Of a stretch of DNA of 64,000 nt, positions 50,576 through 60,022 are shown piece by piece. Under the pieces are notes generated by a model, which saw only the letters and a list, made by a program, of their open reading frames with translations, was not told the DNA's origin and did not search any database. Position 1 is the first letter of the stretch. Each line of letters begins with the position of its first letter. The stretch is from an uncultured Bacteroidaceae bacterium. GTDB taxonomy: Bacteria > Bacteroidota > Bacteroidia > Bacteroidales > GCA-2748055. The position numbers and the translations under genes were made by a program. The stretch is from contig CAZGKF010000003.1 in assembly GCA_964526475.1 (NCBI GenBank), forward strand, positions 5,997-69,996, in the 5' to 3' direction.

Positions 50576-50847
50576 TTTATATATATTTCCCATATACGCT
50601 AAATATAATCTCTGCGAAAATCCGCGTTCAAATCAGAAAATGAATCAATTATGTGGATTTATTTTATATTATTTCTTATTTTTATTTGTCAGTTGAATCC
50701 GCCTGGCGCTCTCCCCACTATTTGCAGCGGGGGAAACGGGTACTATTGGAATAATTTTCTGATGGATGATTAATAATATATGTATGCGCAAAAGAAAAAT
50801 AATATACCTGTTCTGTTTTTATTGATAAATAATAATTAGCTAATCTT

Positions 50848-52689
50848 ATGAAAAAAATCCTGCTTCTCTCAGTTGTTTTTCTTCTGACCCTCTGTTCAAT
50901 TGCAAAAGTCTTTTCTCAGCAGGGTTTCGATAATCCAACACGTGCACTTTACATTCTCGACATTTCCCGGTATGTTGAATGGCCTCCTTCGTTTCTCCAG
51001 CAAGAATACTTTACAATTGCAGTTCTTGACAAGGAGGATGATCTTTACTGGGAGTTAGAAAACCTGGCAAAAACCCGGAAATTTATCCAGGGGAAACCTG
51101 CAAGAGTTTACCTTTACAGGGACATTCAAAATATTGAAAAAACTAATGTTCTATATGTTAACAGCGCAAACGACTTTAGCATCACAAATGTTCTTAATAA
51201 AGTCAAAGGGAATAATACCCTTGTTATAAGCGAAGGATATAAGTTCAGGGAATCTATGCTAAATTTTATAGTTGTAGAAGGTAAGCCGCGTTTTGAACTT
51301 AATGAAAAACTGCTCAATGAGGAAGGGATGAAAGTAAATGAGTTGTTTCTTGCACAGGCAATAAAAACACGGGAAGACTGGGAGGAATTATTTAAAGTAA
51401 CCGAGGTGGAACTTGTGGAAGAAAAAGAAATTACCGCTCAGCAGCGTGTTGTTATCGCAGAGCAGGATGAACAGATTAAAAGGCAGGCTGAACTGATACG
51501 ATTGCAGGAAGCACGGCTCGATAGTCTGGATAAGGAAATAAGAGCGAAATTATCAACCATTAAAGAAAAGGAAAGAATTCTTGTTATCCAGGAAAGAGAA
51601 ATTACTGTTCAGAAAAACCTTATAAATGAACAGGTTAAAGAAGTTGAAAAACAAAAACTTGTACTGGCAAAGCAAACCGACGATATTAAAATACAAGAGG
51701 GAAAAATCAAAGAACAAAATGCAAGGATAGAAGAACAGGGAAGTCTTATTATTGACCAGTTAAAACAAATTGAAAAACAAAAACTAATAACCTACTTTAT
51801 TTTAATTGCGCTGGTTCTTGTGAGCGGAATTGGTTATGTAATGTACGTGAATTACCGTAATAAGAAAAAAGCAAATCTTATTCTTGAAGAGAAAAACAGG
51901 CTCATTACTAATCAAAGAGACCAGATCGCTTATCAGAAAAAACATATTACCGATAGTATCGAATATGCCAAACGAATACAAAAAGCCATTCTCCCGTCTC
52001 TCGAACTCTTCAGTGATAAAATCGAACATTTTGTACTTTATAAACCAAGGGATATTGTAAGTGGCGACTTTTACTGGGTTGACAAGAAAGATGACAAACA
52101 GATTGTTATTACTTCCGATTGTACAGGGCATGGTGTTCCCGGCGCATTTATGAGTATGCTGGGAGTGAGCCTTCTGAATGAAATAATAAAGAATAAAGAT
52201 ATAACCAAACCCGACCTGATATTAAATAAACTGCGTGAAAATATTATCAGTTCACTGAAACAGATGGAAATCAAAAGTGAAGTCAAAGACGGTATGGATA
52301 TGACTGCTATAGTAATAGACTATAAAAACAATACACTTGAATTTGCAGGTGCCAACAATCCGTTGATAATAATACGTGATGGTGATCTTCAATTCTATAA
52401 AGGAGATAAAATGCCCGTGGCCATACACGATTCTTTAGATCCTTTCACCCTCCAAACCATCGAACTGAAGAAAGGAGATGCAATCTATACTTTTTCCGAC
52501 GGTTATCCTGATCAGTTTGGAGGCCCGAATGATAAGAAATTCCTTATTAAAAACTTCAAAGATCTGCTTATGCAAATCCAGCATCTCAGTATGTACGAAC
52601 AAGGAGAAAAACTTAATGAAGTTTTTGAAGAATGGAAGAAAGAAGTTGAGCAGGTAGATGATGTAACGGTAGTAGGGATAAAATATTGA
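50848..52689 (+). CDS. YfiR/HmsC-like (DUF4154) periplasmic domain, coiled coil, TM, PP2C/SpoIIE phosphatase
   Basis: Signal peptide; RALYILDISRYVEWP, TL.ISE, MLNF....GKPRFELN; long coiled coil; TM; PRDIVSGDFYW, DCTGHGVPGA, DGMD, FSDGYPDQ, DD. Confidence 0.87.
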   Translation: MKKILLLSVVFLLTLCSIAKVFSQQGFDNPTRALYILDISRYVEWPPSFLQQEYFTIAVLDKEDDLYWELENLAKTRKFIQGKPARVYLYRDIQNIEKTNVLYVNSANDFSITNVLNKVKGNNTLVISEGYKFRESMLNFIVVEGKPRFELNEKLLNEEGMKVNELFLAQAIKTREDWEELFKVTEVELVEEKEITAQQRVVIAEQDEQIKRQAELIRLQEARLDSLDKEIRAKLSTIKEKERILVIQEREITVQKNLINEQVKEVEKQKLVLAKQTDDIKIQEGKIKEQNARIEEQGSLIIDQLKQIEKQKLITYFILIALVLVSGIGYVMYVNYRNKKKANLILEEKNRLITNQRDQIAYQKKHITDSIEYAKRIQKAILPSLELFSDKIEHFVLYKPRDIVSGDFYWVDKKDDKQIVITSDCTGHGVPGAFMSMLGVSLLNEIIKNKDITKPDLILNKLRENIISSLKQMEIKSEVKDGMDMTAIVIDYKNNTLEFAGANNPLIIIRDGDLQFYKGDKMPVAIHDSLDPFTLQTIELKKGDAIYTFSDGYPDQFGGPNDKKFLIKNFKDLLMQIQHLSMYEQGEKLNEVFEEWKKEVEQVDDVTVVGIKY

Positions 52690-52706
52690 TTTACTGCCGA
52701 ACCATA

Positions 52707-52934
52707 CTAATTACACTCCCAGAATGTCGTTGTGTTTCCTACGGTGACAGGTGTTGAATTTTCTTTTTCTTCCAGTTTATCACCACAATAAAGTATTCCA
52801 GGACCCTCAGTCCTGTTACCATCTTCTAAAGTGATTAACTTGCATGTTTTACAATCCTGAAGCAGTTCACAGGATGGAATTAAAGCGGTAAGAAATAGAA
52901 AAAAGAATAAATATTTTATACTTTTTTTCATCAT
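52707..52934 (-). CDS. Small Cys-rich lipoprotein
   Basis: Lipobox-like IPS|C; CKTC, YCG and terminal WEC. Confidence 0.65.
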   Translation of the reverse strand: MMKKSIKYLFFFLFLTALIPSCELLQDCKTCKLITLEDGNRTEGPGILYCGDKLEEKENSTPVTVGNTTTFWECN

Positions 52935-53310
52935 TTATGATTTTTTGAATTATTAACAGGCTGATTATTAATTTGATTAGCCTGGTTTGAATTATTTATA
53001 AAAGATTAGAAAATTTCAAATAAAACAATGATTTGTCAGCATATTTTAATCAAATGTAAATCATTTTAATATAAAAGGAAACAAAATGAAAAAGATTTTT
53101 ATCCACAATAAAAACCTTCTTTAAAGATTTCTGCAGAAGTGACTAATTCTATTTAGGAAATTGCGTATCTGTTTTATTATTTCAGAAGTATTCTTATACT
53201 TACCTTTTTTTTTCGAAGAACATTTTAGAAGTCTCATTTTCCTTCTTAAAACAGTTCTTTTTTTTTGAACAGAATAAATATTTGATTTTTGATATTACCG
53301 GTTTTCGTAT

Positions 53311-54051
53311 ATGTTCCATGATCTAACAATAATTCAGTGGTTTACTGCCGCTATATGTGGAATGCTTATAGGTATGGCTAAAACAGGTCTCAGCGGAGCC
53401 GGACTTTTTATTGTACCTGTGATGGCAGGGATTTTTGGGGGTAGGCCTTCGGTAGGATTGGTTTTACCGATGCTGATCGTTGCAGATATTTTTGCAGTGA
53501 GATATTACAATCGTCATGCCGACTGGAAGCATATTTTCAAATTACTTCCATGGGCCGCAGGTGGAATAATAATTGCTCTTTTTACAGGAGAAATGGTTAA
53601 CGATGATCAATTCCGGAAACTTATAGGAATTGTTGTTATCACCGGAATTATAATAATGATCTGGCAGGATGTACGGAAGAACAAAACTGAAATACCCCGT
53701 GCATGGTGGTATTCAGCTTCACTTGGCCTGGCGGGAGGGTTTGCCACCATGATAGGCAATGCGGCAGGACCGGTTATGGCCATGTATCTGCTCTCCATGC
53801 GTCTTCCAAAAAATACCTATATAGGAACAGCAGCATGGTTTTTTTTTATTGTGAATGTTTTCAAAGTTCCTTTTCATATCCTTATCTGGAAAACCATAAC
53901 TCCCGAATCACTATTATTTAACCTTTTTATGATTATCCCAATAATAGCCGGAGCTATCAGTGGTTTTCACATTGTTAAGCTTTTCCCTGAAAAATACTAC
54001 AGAATATTTATTATTTTATCCACTGTTGCTTCAGCGGTGTTTTTGTTTTGA
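53311..54051 (+). CDS. TauE/SafE (sulfite exporter) family membrane protein
   Basis: G.AKTG..G.G, LPML..ADI.AV.YY, GFATM.GNAAGP.M..YLL, GT.AWFF..VN..K.PF. Confidence 0.9.
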   Translation: MFHDLTIIQWFTAAICGMLIGMAKTGLSGAGLFIVPVMAGIFGGRPSVGLVLPMLIVADIFAVRYYNRHADWKHIFKLLPWAAGGIIIALFTGEMVNDDQFRKLIGIVVITGIIIMIWQDVRKNKTEIPRAWWYSASLGLAGGFATMIGNAAGPVMAMYLLSMRLPKNTYIGTAAWFFFIVNVFKVPFHILIWKTITPESLLFNLFMIIPIIAGAISGFHIVKLFPEKYYRIFIILSTVASAVFLF

Positions 54052-54065
54052 GGTATCAGGTGATA

Positions 54066-54281
54066 TCAGAAACTTAAACCGGTACTTAAATAAAATCCCC
54101 ATGGGTACATATCAAAACTGATGGAATATAAATTTGCTTCAACTATAAAAGCTGTTTTTTCAGTAAGAAAATACTTGAAACCACCACTGATACAAGTATA
54201 AAAATAGGAATTGAAATATTCACTAAAATGGAATACCGTGCCGACGTTTGCTGATACAATTGGTGTTGATCTTTTCTCCAT
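54066..54281 (-). pseudogene. C-terminal fragment of an outer-membrane beta-barrel gene
   Basis: GGFKYFLTEKTAFIVEA...GFYLSTGLSF barrel terminus; no signal peptide; only ~130 bp separate it from the tRNA-Val 3' end. Confidence 0.55.
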
Positions 54282-54408
54282 TTCTCAGTATTATCAAATC
54301 CTTTGAATAGAATTGAAAATACTATTGCCTTAAAAAGGAAATTATTTTTAAATACTTAAGAAAACATTATTCCGGGAAAACCTGTTTTATTAGAAAAGAA
54401 TTACTCTG

Positions 54409-54482
54409 TGGGCTATGCGGGATTCGAACCTGCGACTTCTACCCTGTCAAGGTAGCACTCTAAACCACTGAGTTAATAGCCC
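54409..54482 (-). tRNA. tRNA-Val(GAC)
   Basis: Reverse complement GGGCTAT TA ACTC AGTGGTTTA GAGT G CTACC TTGACAG GGTAG AAGTC GCAGG TTCGAAT CCCGC ATAGCCC A folds as a cloverleaf. Confidence 0.95.
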
Positions 54483-54502
54483 ATTTGGTGTAAAATTAAA
54501 AA

Positions 54503-55204
54503 TTATTTCCCGTTCTTTGCAAACCGGACCTCCCTGCTTTCGGGATTGTAAAGCTTTCGAAGATCTTTTGTCTTAAAATTAAAAGTTAAAGCAAAATAAA
54601 AGATTTCAGTCTTTCCAAAATCTGCATAATCTACAAGTTGTCCAAAATCTCTTCCCTTAAAACTTTTATTCAGAAAATCGTTCCTGTAATATTTAAGTTT
54701 AAGATTAATACCGCCGGGAAACTGCATCCCAAAAAATAATGACGGCATAAGTCGATCGGTACGGCTGCTGAACCATTCACCATATTTGATTTTTGACCCA
54801 CTTGATTTTCTCTTCTGTTTATAGTGAAAGAATAGCTCATATTCTCCTCCACCATAGAAATAAAAATGTTCATCGAAAATACCGATTTTAAATGCAGCCG
54901 GAACTCCCAGTGCATATGTTCTTCTTTTTTCAACAGCATTACCGTAATCGGTTGTAAACCCGATATTTCTCATCCCTATGCCACTATAAAACCCAATGTT
55001 ATTATTAATATCATAATGCCTTTGCCTGCCAAAATGAAGAAACATGGTAAACCTCATCTTTGTGGGCATATTCTCACCCTTGTAATCGACATCAGAAAAT
55101 GAAAAGATAAATTCCCCTCCATTCTCTGTGTAGGTTTTTTGTGCATAAAGACCTGCCAGGGAACCAACCGGCAGTAAAAATATTAATATAAACCACTTCA
55201 TCAT
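54503..55204 (-). CDS. Secreted/outer-membrane beta-strand-rich protein
   Basis: Signal peptide YA|QK; G.GMRNIGF, GGGEYELFFHYKQK, FG.QFP.G.NLK.KYY. Confidence 0.65.
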   Translation of the reverse strand: MMKWFILIFLLPVGSLAGLYAQKTYTENGGEFIFSFSDVDYKGENMPTKMRFTMFLHFGRQRHYDINNNIGFYSGIGMRNIGFTTDYGNAVEKRRTYALGVPAAFKIGIFDEHFYFYGGGEYELFFHYKQKRKSSGSKIKYGEWFSSRTDRLMPSLFFGMQFPGGINLKLKYYRNDFLNKSFKGRDFGQLVDYADFGKTEIFYFALTFNFKTKDLRKLYNPESREVRFAKNGK

Positions 55205-55278
55205 TTCTGTATTGAATTATTTAGGAATTACTATTTTGATTCTATTAATTTCAGCTTAATATATTTTTTTCAATATAA

Positions 55279-56118
55279 TCAAAAATCATAAAAAATACTT
55301 CTGGAAACATAATCTTCTACAATCCTGTCGTATTCATTCATTAGTTTTTGTAAGATATGGTTTTTAACCAGAAATCTTTTCCCGTCAATTTCTGAAACAG
55401 GTAGTATCTTAAGGGATGTCCCTGTAATAAAAGCACTTTCGGCATCAAAAATATCAGAAGTTCTGAAAATTTCTTCTTTAATTATGATATTCTGCTCCCT
55501 ACAAATAGTGAAAACATATTTGCGCGTTACCCCCGGCAAAATTAGATTCTTTGGTGGGGTATACAGAATGTTTCCGCGAAGCATAAAGAAATTAGACTGG
55601 CTTCCTTCTGTAACAATTCCTTCCTCATTTACAAGTAATATTTCATAAACCTCATTTCTTTGCTTTATTTCATAAATACTTGATTTATATTCAGGCAGCC
55701 ATGCCTTGACATTTGGTTGAGGACGCTGAACCTGCTGAGTCAGCAGATTGACTCCAAAACTATATTCATCCCGGGAAGGATAACTGAAAGGTATTGGATA
55801 TGCAAAAAAATAATTATTATTTTTTTCCTTCTCATAATGGAAGATAAATTTGATGTTACCAAAATTCAGTTTATTCGCATTTATGAGATTTTTCAGATTA
55901 TCACGGAGAGTCTCAAGATTATACCATAATTTTAATCTCGAAAATTGAGCCGAATTGCTAATTCTACTGTAATGATCCTCCAGAAAAAGCACCTTACCCC
56001 TTACAACCCTCACTACCTCATACAGGTTTTTTCCTTTTTCCAGAAAAAGCGGATTAAACCTTGAACTTGTCCTGAGATAATTATTAATTAAAAAATATTT
56101 TCCCTGGATTTCTCTCAT
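55279..56118 (-). CDS. Aminotransferase class IV (PLP-dependent)
   Basis: LYEVVR, H..R, EG..SNFF, LPGVTR, E.AFITGT..ILPV..ID. Confidence 0.9.
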   Translation of the reverse strand: MREIQGKYFLINNYLRTSSRFNPLFLEKGKNLYEVVRVVRGKVLFLEDHYSRISNSAQFSRLKLWYNLETLRDNLKNLINANKLNFGNIKFIFHYEKEKNNNYFFAYPIPFSYPSRDEYSFGVNLLTQQVQRPQPNVKAWLPEYKSSIYEIKQRNEVYEILLVNEEGIVTEGSQSNFFMLRGNILYTPPKNLILPGVTRKYVFTICREQNIIIKEEIFRTSDIFDAESAFITGTSLKILPVSEIDGKRFLVKNHILQKLMNEYDRIVEDYVSRSIFYDF

Positions 56119-56218
56119 TGAGTAAATTGAATAGTATGCAAAAATACAATTGGATTATTAATGTGAAAATTTTGAATGATCATTTATTTAAAATTTACAT
56201 GTTTAGGTTTCTTCCTGC

Positions 56219-57094
56219 CTAAAAAATAATTCTTAATAAGCCTCTACTGATTTTATATTCAAGCTCATTTCCTCTAATAACCAAAGGATCCCCATCGATA
56301 TGTATAATTGTTGTATCCCTTTCAGTTTTAATTTTTGCATAGGAAATTTTTCTATTAATTACGTACCTGCTTTTATCAATTTTTCCAAAAAAGGAGGAAA
56401 ATGTAAGAAATAAACCTTTCCATTTCGGGAATTTTTTTACAATAACCAGATCAAGAGTTCCATCGGATGCAGAAGCCCCCGGTGCAATGTAGAAATTATA
56501 ACCTAATTGAGAAATATTTGCAATATTTATAAAAAATGCCTCTGTTTGAATTAATTCGTCTTTAAGTTCTATCAAATATTTTTTTGCAACATACTTTCTG
56601 AAAACTCTGAAAAAACTGGATGCATAAGTTCTAAAACCTCTGGTATTAAACTGGCTGTATATCAGATCCGTCTCCGCATCAAACCCAACCCCTGAAGTAC
56701 AAAAAAAGGGGTTTTCATTTACGAATCCCACGTCAATGCATATCTCCCTACCTTGCTTTATTCTTCTAACAGCCTTATTAATATTTAAAGGAATCCCAAA
56801 ATGTCGGGCAAAACCATTTCCTGATCCCATAGGGATCACAGCCATTCTGCAATCTGAATTCATTAATGCTTTTGCCACCTCATTTATTGTTCCATCACCG
56901 CCAACAACGACAAATATATCTACTTGATTATCAATTTCTTTTCGTGTTATCTCAAATGCATGGCCTGGAAAAGATGTTACATATTTTTTACAGGTATATC
57001 CCTGAATACAAAAAAACTTGTCAATAGTCCTTTCAATTTTCTTTTTTTCCCGTCCACCGGAAATCGGATTAATTATGAAAACAACTGTTTTCAT
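56219..57094 (-). CDS. Diacylglycerol kinase family (YegS/DgkB-like) lipid kinase
   Basis: INPISG, GGDGTINEV, IPMGSGNGFAR, G.GFDA, DG.LD, HIDGD. Confidence 0.92.
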   Translation of the reverse strand: MKTVVFIINPISGGREKKKIERTIDKFFCIQGYTCKKYVTSFPGHAFEITRKEIDNQVDIFVVVGGDGTINEVAKALMNSDCRMAVIPMGSGNGFARHFGIPLNINKAVRRIKQGREICIDVGFVNENPFFCTSGVGFDAETDLIYSQFNTRGFRTYASSFFRVFRKYVAKKYLIELKDELIQTEAFFINIANISQLGYNFYIAPGASASDGTLDLVIVKKFPKWKGLFLTFSSFFGKIDKSRYVINRKISYAKIKTERDTTIIHIDGDPLVIRGNELEYKISRGLLRIIF

Positions 57095-57402
57095 ATTGAT
57101 AAGAATTCAGTTGTTACAACCTGCAAAAAAGCTTTACCATATTTCTTCCAGGAATCACTCTCTTTACCTGAATTCCGGATAAACGTTTCAGCCCCGTTAT
57201 CATAAATAAGTTCATCAGGCACTCCCCATTTTTGTTTCTTGAGAGAATTTGGGAAATTCTGAATGTCAACAATACTATTTACTGATTCCCTTGTTAAATA
57301 TGATCTGTAATTTGCGAAATCCAGATTCCCTCCATAAAAAAGCGCCGTATTATATCCATTTTTATGATAAGGATCAAAAATAAACGGCCGTTTTTGTATC
57401 AT
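57091..57402 (-). pseudogene. In-frame collapsed remnant of an LTA-synthase/sulfatase-family gene
   Basis: Core GYNTALFYGGNLDFANYRSYL...KWGVPD joined directly to the C-terminal GKAFLQ..TEFL; only 103 aa; promoter box TAACTTTG at ~57426-57433 and ATGA overlap with the lipid kinase gene. Confidence 0.65.
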
Positions 57403-57727
57403 TATTTGAGTTTATCGCTTTTTACAAAGTTAATATTTAAACTGATTTTCGGATTCCCCGATACATATGAAGAAAAGCCATACTTAAATGAGCAGGTTTA
57501 TAAACCGGATATTTTGACTTAAGAAAAAGATATTATTAAGGAGATTATAAATATTTTATATGTATCATAAAAAATGTGAATTTTTTTTCGTTATTTACTA
57601 TTTTCATATTTATTATTCTTTAAGAGTATTAACTGATTAAAGTCGTTAGTAAAGACCAGATTACCTTCGATAATCTCAGTATTTTAATCGGTCAGTACTG
57701 ATATTTTTTTAATTTGATCTATTAAAA

Positions 57728-58222
57728 ATGAATCAAAAGGAAACCGTACTTGAAACTCTCAACAAACTGGGCATCACTTATGATATTTATGAACATCCTC
57801 CTGTCCCTACAATTGAAGAAGCTAAAAAGCACTGGAAAGGAATTAATGCGACCCATTGCAAAAATCTGTTTTTCCGCAATCACAAAGGAAACAGGCACTA
57901 TCTGGTAATTCTGGAACATTCACAGGCACTTGACATTCACGATCTGGAGAAAAGGTTGAAACAAGGGAAGATTAGTTTTGCGAGTGATCAGCGTATGAAG
58001 AAATATCTGGGATTAACACCAGGATCGGTTTCCATTTTTGGTTTAATAAATGACAAGGAGAATCATGTTCATGTATTTCTCGATGAAAACCTCAGGAAAT
58101 CGGTGCGGATCAGTTTCCATCCGAATATTAATACTGCATCGCTTATTATTTCCCATGATGATTTTGAGAGGTTTCTGGAATGGAGCGGGAACAGTTATGA
58201 ATATCTGAAGCTGTATGATTAA
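57728..58222 (+). CDS. YbaK/ProXp-family aminoacyl-tRNA editing protein
   Basis: YEHPPV.T.EEA, HCKNLF.RN.KG, SFAS, LG..PGSVS.FGLIND, FHPN.NTAS. Confidence 0.9.
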   Translation: MNQKETVLETLNKLGITYDIYEHPPVPTIEEAKKHWKGINATHCKNLFFRNHKGNRHYLVILEHSQALDIHDLEKRLKQGKISFASDQRMKKYLGLTPGSVSIFGLINDKENHVHVFLDENLRKSVRISFHPNINTASLIISHDDFERFLEWSGNSYEYLKLYD

Positions 58223-58286
58223 TCATTTAATGTGAAAAACAACATAAATGCATATTTGAAAGCCTTTCATTAAATTTCCCTTTTTC

Positions 58287-58315
58287 TGTAACTTTATTCA
58301 TTAATGAACGTCTTA
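58287..58315 (+). promoter_or_regulatory. Putative ECF-sigma promoter (autoregulatory)
   Basis: TGTAAC-N16-CGTCTTA ending 25 bp before the sigma GTG; a second copy lies at 59943-59972. Confidence 0.65.
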
Positions 58316-58340
58316 TTTTCAAAAACAATACTTTCCGCTC

Positions 58341-58826
58341 GTGACGGTCAAGGAATATAATGCAGCAGTAGATAATTTTTCTGACGGTTTATTCAGGTTT
58401 ATCCTGAAAAATACCCGTGATGATGAGAAATCAAAAGATATAGTACAGGATGCTTACGAAAAACTGTGGGTAAAAAAGGATACAGTGGAAGGGAATAAAG
58501 TGAAGTCTTATTTATTTTCAACAGCTTATCATACAATGATTGATATGATACGTAAAGAAAAACGTCAAACTGAATATAAAATAGGGAACATTCCGGAATA
58601 CATACATGAGGAACAATATTCAGACCTTAACGATATTCTGCACAAAGCAATAAATAAGTTACCTGAATCACAACGTTCGGTTATTATACTTAGAGACTAC
58701 GAGGGTTATTCATATGAGGAGATTGCTGAAATTACAGGATTAAATGAGTCCCAGGTCAAGGTATATATATACAGGGGCAGAATGTTCCTGAAAAATTTTA
58801 TCGGAAGCCTGGAAAAAGTATTATAA
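58341..58826 (+). CDS. ECF RNA polymerase sigma factor
   Basis: DIVQDAY.KLW, SYLF..AY...ID..RK, LP..QR.VI.LRD.EGYSY.EIAEITG..ESQVKV.I.RGR. Confidence 0.94.
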   Translation: MTVKEYNAAVDNFSDGLFRFILKNTRDDEKSKDIVQDAYEKLWVKKDTVEGNKVKSYLFSTAYHTMIDMIRKEKRQTEYKIGNIPEYIHEEQYSDLNDILHKAINKLPESQRSVIILRDYEGYSYEEIAEITGLNESQVKVYIYRGRMFLKNFIGSLEKVL

Positions 58827-58836
58827 AGAAAGAAAA

Positions 58837-59928
58837 ATGAAAATCAGCAGAGAAAATTATGAAATATTTTTTATCGATTATCTCGATGGAACACTAAGCG
58901 ACCAGCAGATAAATGAACTCGAAGATTTTCTGTTGGGAAATCCCGATCTCAGGGAGGAACTTGAGGGGATGGAAAAAACCATGCTTGTTCCCTGCGATCT
59001 TTCTTTTAACGATAAAGATCTGCTAAAAAAGACAGATACTGAAAGTCCTCTTTCTGAAGAAAATTTTAATGATTATTCTGTAGCATATATCGAAGGTGAT
59101 CTCTCACTTGAAGAATCAGCAGCATTTGAGTCATACCTGGAGAACCATCCTCAATATAAAAAGGATATTGAATTGTATAAAAAAACATTTCTTGCACCTG
59201 ATCACACTATTATCCTGCAAAATAAAAATAAACTTAAAAAGAGGCTCCCTTTAAAAAGGCATAAATATCTTTATCCATTTTTTTCCGCTGCGGCAGCTAT
59301 AGCTCTCTTGTTAATCATTTTATTAAGAACTGAAACTTCAAAAAATCTTTCCCTTCCAATAACCGGAAGTGTTGAAACGGAGGAAACTGAAAATATTTCT
59401 CCTTCAGTTAAATCTGAAGTGCAGGATATATTAACTCACGATCTTACCCTTGCCGGTAAAGTAAAACCTGCAATAAGGACTGTTATCGACGCCGAACAGT
59501 CTGTATCAAAATTTAATGTTCATAAGGAGGAAGAAATGGATGATGATTTATTACTGCCTGAATCCGGGAATTATGTTATTTCCTATTCTGCAGTTACTCT
59601 GCCTCCTGTTAACATAGGGAAGGTGTCCCCTGATGTAATACAGACATTTAAAACTGATCCGGGTATTCCTGCTGTAACTGAAGAGAAATACATGAGTCTT
59701 TCTGAAATTGCGCTGGAATATGTAAATGACAAGGTATTAAAACAGGAAATACCTGTAACCGATCCTTCGCGGCTCTCTTTATGGGATGTTGCTGATGCAG
59801 GTGTCAGGGGGATAAACCGTATCACCGGTTCAGAAATGAAACTTGATAAAGTTACCCGGGATAACGGGGATGTTGCCTTAGTTAGTTTCGAAGCGGGCTT
59901 CTTTGGATTTACAAGAACTATAAGATAA
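58837..59928 (+). CDS. Putative membrane-anchored anti-sigma factor
   Basis: Duplicated N-terminal motif (NYE.FFIDYLDG.LS / NFN.Y.VAYIEGDLS); single TM SAAAAIALLLII; directly downstream of the sigma gene. Confidence 0.75.
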   Translation: MKISRENYEIFFIDYLDGTLSDQQINELEDFLLGNPDLREELEGMEKTMLVPCDLSFNDKDLLKKTDTESPLSEENFNDYSVAYIEGDLSLEESAAFESYLENHPQYKKDIELYKKTFLAPDHTIILQNKNKLKKRLPLKRHKYLYPFFSAAAAIALLLIILLRTETSKNLSLPITGSVETEETENISPSVKSEVQDILTHDLTLAGKVKPAIRTVIDAEQSVSKFNVHKEEEMDDDLLLPESGNYVISYSAVTLPPVNIGKVSPDVIQTFKTDPGIPAVTEEKYMSLSEIALEYVNDKVLKQEIPVTDPSRLSLWDVADAGVRGINRITGSEMKLDKVTRDNGDVALVSFEAGFFGFTRTIR

Positions 59929-59942
59929 TTTTTTCTTTCAGA

Positions 59943-59972
59943 TGTAACATAATCCTGCTTTAGGTCGTCATA
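59943..59972 (+). promoter_or_regulatory. Second putative ECF promoter, upstream of the beta-barrel gene
   Basis: TGTAAC-N17-CGTCATA. Confidence 0.62.
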
Positions 59973-60022
59973 CCTATAAAAATATTAAAAAACAGACTAG
60001 TTAAACATTAAAAAGCAAAACA

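Noticed and set aside
50695-50742. GC-rich patch upstream of the YfiR-PP2C gene as a riboswitch
   Set aside because: Only a weak CCCC/GGGG hairpin, with no recognisable c-di-GMP or other aptamer consensus; an Infernal/Rfam scan would settle it.
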